In this document: positions 37,796-44,809 of the stretch, piece by piece
How positions within the stretch are numbered: the first letter of the stretch is position 1
Layout: every line of letters starts with the position of its first letter
Origin: Ferruginibacter sp.
Lineage (GTDB): Bacteria; Bacteroidota; Bacteroidia; Chitinophagales; Chitinophagaceae
Assembly: GCA_013141435.1 (NCBI GenBank)
Contig: JABFQZ010000014.1
Coordinates: forward strand, 49,792 to 113,791
Direction: 5' to 3'
Length of the DNA: 64,000 bases
The notes under the pieces: generated by a model
The model's input: only the letters and a program-made list of their open reading frames with translations
Database searches by the model: none
Told to the model about the DNA's origin: nothing
Made by a program: the position numbers and the translations under genes

Positions 37796-39592
37796 TTAAA
37801 TCAAGTTTTTATTTTTTAATACTATTAGCGACATAATTCTGCTCCAGTGCAAAGTACCCGAAAGAAAATCTTGACAAGCTTTTTTTGTATAATCATTATT
37901 ATTATTATGCGATAATTCATTAACAAATTCACTATTTTTCATCCACTCTGCAAAAGGAAAACTAAAGCCCATTTTGGGTCTGTTCCAAACTTCTTTTGGC
38001 AAAATATTTTCAAAAGATTTTATTAATAATTGTTTGGGCATTTTACCAGCATACTTAATATTTTCGTTGATGGAAAAAACAGATTCTATTACTTCATTAT
38101 CCAAAAAAGGCACTCTTATTTCTAACCCATGAGCCATACTCATTATATCTGCATCTTTTAATAATTGATCTTGCATATACAAATTATATTCTAGCCAGCT
38201 TGCAGTATTTTTTGCTTCACAATTTTCTAAAATTGGAGATGTTGGCATGTTTTGTATAATATTCCAAACATCTTTTTCATACGCCCCTAATTGTTGAGCA
38301 ATTTGTTTAGTATTAAAATGCCCTCTCAAAAACAAATACAAGCCTCGTATGCCTCCAAGTTTTAAATATGATAATCTAGCTAATTTTTTATTGTTGATAT
38401 TGCCTAGTCCAAGTAAAACTGCTTTTGGTAGTTTTGCTAAAATTTTTGCTTTTTTTATTCTATCAAAAGATGGGTAACCTCCAAACAATTCATCGGCTCC
38501 AACTCCCGACAATACAGCTTTTAAACCTTCGTTGGCAGCAAACTTGCTAATAAACCAAGTGTTTATTCCATCGCAAGTGGGCATATCCATTGCAACCATA
38601 AAATCGGCAAAGTTGGCATGAAATTCATTTTCAGTTAATAGTATTGAATGATGATTACTTCCAATTTTTTGAGCAACAATATCTTGATATTTTTTTTCGG
38701 AATAATTTTCTTCATTAAAATAAATGGATAAGGTATGTACATTTTTTTTTGAATTGCTGCTTGCCAAATTAGCAATTATTGCAGAATCAATACCGCCACT
38801 TAAAAAAACACCCACAGGTGCATCGGCAATCATTTGCCTTTGTACAGCATTATTTAAAGACTTATGTATTATTTGTTTTGCATCAATTTCAGAATTTATT
38901 TTATTACCGAAACTAAAATAATTAAATGAGAATAAATTACCCTTATTGGTATTGGCGTTGTATTTATAATAGCAGCCTTTGGGTAAACACTGTACATTTT
39001 TTAAAGTTGTAACTGGCTCTGGTATATAACCGTAAGCCAATTGAAAAACACTTGCATTTTCATTTTTAGTACTCAAATACTCTAAGGGAGCAAAAGCCCT
39101 TATTTCTGAAGCAAAAGCAAGCGCTGTAGTGTGTGTAGAATAATATAGTGGTTTTATACCTGCCGCATCTCTTACCAAATAAATTATTTTTTCTTCATTA
39201 TCCCAAAGTGCAAATGCAAACATACCATTGAATTTTGCAAAACTTTTTGTATTCCATTTTGCAAAAGCTGCAAGTACAACTTCGGTATCGGTGTTGGTTT
39301 TAAATTGCAAACCTTCCGCTATTAATTCGGCTTTTAGGTCTAAGTAATTATACAATTCTCCATTGAAAGTAATGGTATATCGATCGGTAAATTGCATTGG
39401 CTGATGCCCAGCAGTTGTTAAATCTAACAAAGAAAGCCTTCTATTACCAAGTACTAAGTTATCGTTTTTAAATGTAGCAATTCCACCATCGTCTGGTCCG
39501 CCATGTTGAAGCAGTTGGCACATTTTTCCTACAATTGTTTCTAATTGTAATGTATCCAATTTTTTATTAAGTACTCCAGCTATTCTACACAT
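37796..39592 (-). CDS. asnB: Asparagine synthase (glutamine-hydrolysing)-like amidotransferase, polysaccharide-associated
   Basis: N-terminal Cys (MCRIAG), GPD, FNGELYN, DTEV, LSGGIDS, GADELFGGY, RVPFLD, KMGF. Confidence 0.92.
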   Translation of the reverse strand: MCRIAGVLNKKLDTLQLETIVGKMCQLLQHGGPDDGGIATFKNDNLVLGNRRLSLLDLTTAGHQPMQFTDRYTITFNGELYNYLDLKAELIAEGLQFKTNTDTEVVLAAFAKWNTKSFAKFNGMFAFALWDNEEKIIYLVRDAAGIKPLYYSTHTTALAFASEIRAFAPLEYLSTKNENASVFQLAYGYIPEPVTTLKNVQCLPKGCYYKYNANTNKGNLFSFNYFSFGNKINSEIDAKQIIHKSLNNAVQRQMIADAPVGVFLSGGIDSAIIANLASSNSKKNVHTLSIYFNEENYSEKKYQDIVAQKIGSNHHSILLTENEFHANFADFMVAMDMPTCDGINTWFISKFAANEGLKAVLSGVGADELFGGYPSFDRIKKAKILAKLPKAVLLGLGNINNKKLARLSYLKLGGIRGLYLFLRGHFNTKQIAQQLGAYEKDVWNIIQNMPTSPILENCEAKNTASWLEYNLYMQDQLLKDADIMSMAHGLEIRVPFLDNEVIESVFSINENIKYAGKMPKQLLIKSFENILPKEVWNRPKMGFSFPFAEWMKNSEFVNELSHNNNNDYTKKACQDFLSGTLHWSRIMSLIVLKNKNLI

Positions 39593-39608
39593 TTATTTAT
39601 ACTAAGAT

Positions 39609-40559
39609 CTAGTTTTTTTTTGCAATATACTTTGTGTAATTTTTACTGAAATCTTCATAAGTATATTTTAAGCCAGTAGTTAAATCTATAGAGTATTTCC
39701 AACCCAGATTTTCTAATTTATGTACGTCTAATAATTTTTGCATTGTACCATCGGGTTTTGTATCATCAAAAATTAAATCTCCTAAATAGCCTACAATTTC
39801 TTTTATTTTTAACGCCATTTCTTTTATAGAAAAATCGATACCACAGCCTATATTTACAATAGAAGAATCATTATAATTTTGCATTAAATAAATACATGCA
39901 GCAGCAGCATCATCTACATGCAAAAATTCTCTTTTAGGCTTGCCTGTACCCCAAATGGTTACTGTTGGTTCATTATTTATTTTAGCCTCATGAAATTTTC
40001 TTATAAGTGCTGGTAACACATGTGCATTGTCTAAATCATAATTATCGTTTGGTCCATATAAGTTTGTAGGCATAACACTTATAAAGTTGCAGCCATATTG
40101 TGTATTGTATGCTTTGCACATTTCTATTCCTGCAATTTTAGCCATTGCGTAGGGTGAGTTTGTAGGTTCTAATGGTCCAGTCATTAAATACTCTTCTTTT
40201 ATTGGCTGTGCTGCAAGCTTAGGATAAATGCAACTACTGCCTAAAAACAATAATTTTTCTACACCGTTTTTATAGGCTTCGTTTATTACATTATTTTGTA
40301 CTGCAAGGTTATCGTAAATAAACTCTGCTCCATAAGTTTTGTTTGCCATAATGCCACCAACCTTTGCAGCTGCTAAAAACACAAATTGTGGTTTTTCTTG
40401 CTGAAAAAATTTCTTTACGGCAAACTGATCTCTTAAATCTAAATCGGAAGAATTAGCTGTAATGATATACCTGTAACCAAGTTTTGTAAGCAACCTTACA
40501 ATAGCACTACCTACTAAACCCTTATGACCAGCCACATATATTTTATCGTTGAAATTCAT
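39609..40559 (-). CDS. fcl: GDP-L-fucose synthase
   Basis: AGHKGLVGSA, LAAAKVGGI, LGSSCIYPK, YAMAK, PTNLYGP, REFLHVDD. Confidence 0.95.
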   Translation of the reverse strand: MNFNDKIYVAGHKGLVGSAIVRLLTKLGYRYIITANSSDLDLRDQFAVKKFFQQEKPQFVFLAAAKVGGIMANKTYGAEFIYDNLAVQNNVINEAYKNGVEKLLFLGSSCIYPKLAAQPIKEEYLMTGPLEPTNSPYAMAKIAGIEMCKAYNTQYGCNFISVMPTNLYGPNDNYDLDNAHVLPALIRKFHEAKINNEPTVTIWGTGKPKREFLHVDDAAAACIYLMQNYNDSSIVNIGCGIDFSIKEMALKIKEIVGYLGDLIFDDTKPDGTMQKLLDVHKLENLGWKYSIDLTTGLKYTYEDFSKNYTKYIAKKN

Positions 40560-40656
40560 TTATTATTAATTAGTATTTAGATGTTATTATTGAGTATTGA
40601 GATTAGTACTGCAAATATTTGAATTTTTTGAAAATAAAACGGATTAGGTAAAAAAT

Positions 40657-40694
40657 ATTATTCATTATTCATTATTCATTATTCATTATTCATT
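40657..40694. repeat. Heptanucleotide tandem repeat (ATTATTC)x5.4
   Basis: Five perfect ATTATTC units plus ATT, between upxY and fcl. Confidence 0.95.
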
Positions 40695-40718
40695 TAATAT
40701 TTACTCATTTATAAATTA

Positions 40719-41219
40719 TTAAATAATGCATTTCTCCAAATTTGATCTTTCTATAATGGCTGTAATGGCTATACCCATTGATTCTAATTTTACTTTTGCT
40801 TTATTGCCAAATATTTCTACAATTATTCCTTTATAGTTCATCAAAACGCCTTTCTTTACCTCTACATTTTCATTAATACCTGCATCTAAATTATTTACTT
40901 CTACTTCGTCAAATTCATTTAAAAATTTTCTGATATTATCTATTTCCGAATTTTTTACTACTGCAGGTTTACCTAACCAATACACATAGTTTAAAATACC
41001 ATCTACCATTTTTAAATCCCATTTATTTTTTGTTTCGGGGCATACAAAAACGTAGCCTTTAAATAATGGCACTTCTATTATCTTTTTTCTATCGCTCCAT
41101 TGTTTTTCTATTTTATTTAATGGACAATAATGTTCTATTTCTTTTTTCTCAAGGGCAGCTGCAATTTTTTTTTCCCATCTTGGTTTTGTATAAACTACAT
41201 ACCATTTTTTTTCCAACAT
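40719..41219 (-). CDS. upxY: UpxY family (NusG paralog) transcription antiterminator
   Basis: WYVVYTKPRWEKK, WSDRKKII.VPLF.GYVFV, C-terminal KOW. Confidence 0.93.
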   Translation of the reverse strand: MLEKKWYVVYTKPRWEKKIAAALEKKEIEHYCPLNKIEKQWSDRKKIIEVPLFKGYVFVCPETKNKWDLKMVDGILNYVYWLGKPAVVKNSEIDNIRKFLNEFDEVEVNNLDAGINENVEVKKGVLMNYKGIIVEIFGNKAKVKLESMGIAITAIIERSNLEKCII

Positions 41220-41259
41220 GTATTTTTTTTATATTTTACAATTGTTACCAACTGGGCAA

Positions 41260-41268
41260 AGCTTCGCT
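41260..41268 (-). promoter_or_regulatory. Candidate ops-like UpxY loading site (GCGAAGC DNA mini-hairpin)
   Basis: Non-template strand AGCGAAGCT, about 40 nt upstream of the upxY ATG. Confidence 0.5.
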
Positions 41269-41352
41269 ATTCCTCAGTCACATGGATTTTAATCCATTTT
41301 ACTTTAGGAGATTTACAATTAATATTTTTTTGCAAAAAATTGCAACTTCAAA

Positions 41353-43794
41353 TTATTTAAAACTTTGTTTTCGTTTAAATAATTTTTTCAAAAAACCTAC
41401 AAACCCAAAAATATTTTTGTACCCAGGCATGCCACCATCGGCAGTATAATAACTTCCTGCTTCGCTACCATAACCATAGCCGTATCCATAACCATAACCG
41501 TAGCCATAGCCATAGCCATTTCCATAACCGCCAAATCCAAAATTAAAGAACGATGCTCCTCTTGGTTTTACACCATTAAACACTACACACATACCGTTAA
41601 ACTTTTTTTCTTTTTTCAAGCTATCGGCAAGTTTTAAAAATACCGATGGTGTTACATCATGCCTAACTACATAAATAGTAATACCTGCATAAATATTTAA
41701 TAATTGAGAATCGGTAACTGGCCCAATAGGTGCAGAATCTATAATAATATAATCGAATCTGTTTTTTAATTCTGTTATCATTTCTCCAAACTCGGTTTTG
41801 CCTATAAGTTCTGTAGGGTTTGGTGGTATTGGACCTGCGGTTACCAAAAATAAATTATTGTAAGCAGTAGGTTTTATAATTTCATCTAAAGATGATTTTC
41901 CAATTAAATAAGAAGATATACCTGGATCTCTTTTTATACCAAGCTCTTTACTAAGTTTTGGTTTACGAAGATCCATTTCTAATAATGCAACTTTTTTTCC
42001 CGTAAGGGTTATGCTTAATGCAAGGTTTGTAGCTACAAAACTTTTTCCTTCGCCAGATATACTTGAGGTAACTAAAATAGTTTTATTTTTTTCGTTAAGC
42101 CCCATAAAACCTAAGTTGGTTCTTAAAGAACGGAATTGCTCTGCAATTACTGTTCTTTTCCCTTCGGTAATTGCAATATTATTTTTATCTGGTGTTTGTA
42201 TTATTTCTCCTATAACTGGTATTTTGGTTTTATTTTCTATTTCATTTCTAAATAAAACTTTGCTGCTCAAAGGCTCGTTTAATTGTACAAATAAAAGAAA
42301 ACCTAATAAGCCTAAAAGCAAACCCATTAAATAATAGTTTTTAGCAATTGGGCGTATTGGCCCATACGAATATCCATTTTCTAAAACTCTTAAATCGGCC
42401 GAAGTAGATGCAGATGATATGGCTGTTTCTTCTCTTTTATTTAAGAGAAAAGTATATATATTTGTTTTAATGGCTCTTTGTCTGCTAACTTCTAAAATTG
42501 CTCTTTCTTTGCCAGGTAATTGTGAAAGTAAGCTGCTGTTTTTTGCAATATTAGCTGTTATACTATTTTTTTCTAACTGATAATTATTTCTTACATTATT
42601 TATGTTTTCTTTAATATCATTTTTTATACGAACAACTTTTTCGTTAGCAAGTAGTACTGTTTCGCTTTTATCTCCATTTGTAGCTTTAACCTTATCTAAA
42701 TCAAATTCGGCAGTGTATAATTGATTTAAAAGATTACCCAACAATGGGTCGCTCACCATTTGTGTAGCAGGCACTGTACCTGGGTGCCTGCCCTTACTAT
42801 TTACATAACTTTGCACACCCGATAGTACATCTAATTGCAATTCTATCTCTGTTTTTTTCTGATCTAAATCTTTTACTACACTAGCATATTGTTCTCCTTG
42901 TACCGACACATCAGTTATCCCTTCTCTTGCCCTAATGGCTGCTTCACTTCTTTCTACACTATCTAAATCTGCTGTTACTTTTGCTAGCCTATCATCTACA
43001 AATTTTAGTGTTCGTAATGCTATTTGATTTTTATCTTCTATACCAACAATGTTATATATCTCAAATAATTTATTCAAAATTTTAATGCCTTTTTCGGGCA
43101 CTGGTGTTTCTATACTTACATTAATAACTGTAGATGAAAACGATAAAGGTGAAGCATTTATAGAGCCTGCAATAGCTCCAGATACGGATCCTAAATCATT
43201 AAAAATTACAAAATAATTTTTACCAATTACATTTTTACTGTAGGATTCGTTTATTACTATCTTATAATTAGTTCCATTAATATTTACAATATCTAAAAAG
43301 TTATATACTGTTTTATTTAATTTAATGGTATTGTTTTTCCAATTAATATCAAGTGTAAATTTCCCTCCGCCATTTATAGCACTATCCTTATTTACTGCTA
43401 CAAAATATAAAGGAGCATTGTTACCATACAATTCTTCGGTTTGTACTTTTCCTTCATTATACAAAGTTGTATAAAGGTCTAATTGTTTTACTACATCTTG
43501 CATTAAAGAGGTAGATTTTAAAACCAATATTTCGTTTTCTACAATTTTTTTTTCGCCAAAAATATTTAATGCCTCTAGAACTTTACTATCACTTCCTCCT
43601 TTTTGGGGATCTTTTAATAATACTTTTGCCGCAGCTACGTATATTTTTGTTTGCGATCGTAAATAAATAAAAGCAACAGATAATGATATGGCTAATAGAA
43701 TGGCAAGCAATGGCCAAAAAGGCAAATATCGATGTACAATTTGTACCAAAATATTTGCTTGGGGTTTATCTTCAAAAAATTGATCTTCGCTCAT
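41353..43794 (-). CDS. wzc: Polysaccharide biosynthesis tyrosine autokinase Wzc
   Basis: Two TM segments around a coiled-coil periplasmic region, EQFRSLRTN, Walker A SGEGKS, DLRKP, IIDSAP, C-terminal (GY)8 Tyr cluster. Confidence 0.95.
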   Translation of the reverse strand: MSEDQFFEDKPQANILVQIVHRYLPFWPLLAILLAISLSVAFIYLRSQTKIYVAAAKVLLKDPQKGGSDSKVLEALNIFGEKKIVENEILVLKSTSLMQDVVKQLDLYTTLYNEGKVQTEELYGNNAPLYFVAVNKDSAINGGGKFTLDINWKNNTIKLNKTVYNFLDIVNINGTNYKIVINESYSKNVIGKNYFVIFNDLGSVSGAIAGSINASPLSFSSTVINVSIETPVPEKGIKILNKLFEIYNIVGIEDKNQIALRTLKFVDDRLAKVTADLDSVERSEAAIRAREGITDVSVQGEQYASVVKDLDQKKTEIELQLDVLSGVQSYVNSKGRHPGTVPATQMVSDPLLGNLLNQLYTAEFDLDKVKATNGDKSETVLLANEKVVRIKNDIKENINNVRNNYQLEKNSITANIAKNSSLLSQLPGKERAILEVSRQRAIKTNIYTFLLNKREETAISSASTSADLRVLENGYSYGPIRPIAKNYYLMGLLLGLLGFLLFVQLNEPLSSKVLFRNEIENKTKIPVIGEIIQTPDKNNIAITEGKRTVIAEQFRSLRTNLGFMGLNEKNKTILVTSSISGEGKSFVATNLALSITLTGKKVALLEMDLRKPKLSKELGIKRDPGISSYLIGKSSLDEIIKPTAYNNLFLVTAGPIPPNPTELIGKTEFGEMITELKNRFDYIIIDSAPIGPVTDSQLLNIYAGITIYVVRHDVTPSVFLKLADSLKKEKKFNGMCVVFNGVKPRGASFFNFGFGGYGNGYGYGYGYGYGYGYGYGSEAGSYYTADGGMPGYKNIFGFVGFLKKLFKRKQSFK

Positions 43795-43807
43795 TCTTAA
43801 CTTAATT

Positions 43808-44611
43808 TTACTTTATTATTCTGCTCAAAATTATTATAACAAGCGATACAACCGATGCTACTAAAGATAAGTTGGTTTGCAATTTTTTCTTATTTTCTTC
43901 TTTTACATATTTTACATTATCTGCAGCTACAATAATAATATCGTTTGGTTTTGCATAATACCAGCTCGATGTAAAAATGGAATGATCTTCTAAATTGATA
44001 TGTTTTACTTTTTTCTGATTTCCTTCTTCTCTAATTACTGTAATGTTATTTCTTATTGCATTTGGTGTTACATCTCCACTCAAAACCAAAGCATCTATTA
44101 TAGAAATTTGTTCTTCGGGCATATTTAATACCTGAGGTTTGCTTACCTCTCCTAGTATTGTAATTTTATGATTTAGGTAATTTACAGTAACTATAGGCTC
44201 TTTGGTATATGGCAACAACCCATTCTCAATTTTTTTTGATAACTCCTTTCTTGTAAGTCCTTCGGCTACGATGGCTCCGAGCCTATGCAATAATATTGTA
44301 CCATCTTGTTGTACTAAATAGCCTGCTGTAGTTGCTAATGATGAAGTGCTAGCTGGGTTATTAAAAAATGCATCTTCAGATGGGCTCAAACTGCTTACAG
44401 ATATTGAAATTTTATCGCCTTTTATTATTTTAGATTCGTAATCGTTAGATACAAAATTTTGTAAAGTTGTATCTTTTTGCAGAGTTTTGAAATAAGATCC
44501 TTGGCTTGTAACCTTGCATGAGGATAAAGATAAAATTGCAATATAAATCAGTAATACATTTATATACAAAATACACTTACCACTCACAGAATGTGGGTAT
44601 TTATTTTTCAT
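43808..44611 (-). CDS. wza: Polysaccharide export lipoprotein Wza
   Basis: Lipobox LSSC, GDKISISV, ILGEV.KP, DALVLSGD, PNDIIIV. Confidence 0.92.
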   Translation of the reverse strand: MKNKYPHSVSGKCILYINVLLIYIAILSLSSCKVTSQGSYFKTLQKDTTLQNFVSNDYESKIIKGDKISISVSSLSPSEDAFFNNPASTSSLATTAGYLVQQDGTILLHRLGAIVAEGLTRKELSKKIENGLLPYTKEPIVTVNYLNHKITILGEVSKPQVLNMPEEQISIIDALVLSGDVTPNAIRNNITVIREEGNQKKVKHINLEDHSIFTSSWYYAKPNDIIIVAADNVKYVKEENKKKLQTNLSLVASVVSLVIIILSRIIK

Positions 44612-44749
44612 TTAGATTAATATTCAATTAGAAAAGCCTTTCTATTTTATAATGTAACAAAAATCGTTAAAAAAACTGATTAAAAGATTAAGTAAAATAA
44701 ATATTTTTATTGTATATGTTAAATAAAATATATTGCTCATCTATAATTC

Positions 44750-44797
44750 AATTTAAGCATAAAGCCGTTTATTTCTAAACGGCTTTATGCTTAAATT
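44750..44797. terminator. Perfect 22-bp hairpin after the T9SS gene
   Basis: AATTTAAGCATAAAGCCGTTTA-tttc-TAAACGGCTTTATGCTTAAATT, 12 nt downstream of the stop at 44810. Confidence 0.75.
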
Positions 44798-44809
44798 ATT
44801 GTACTTAAT

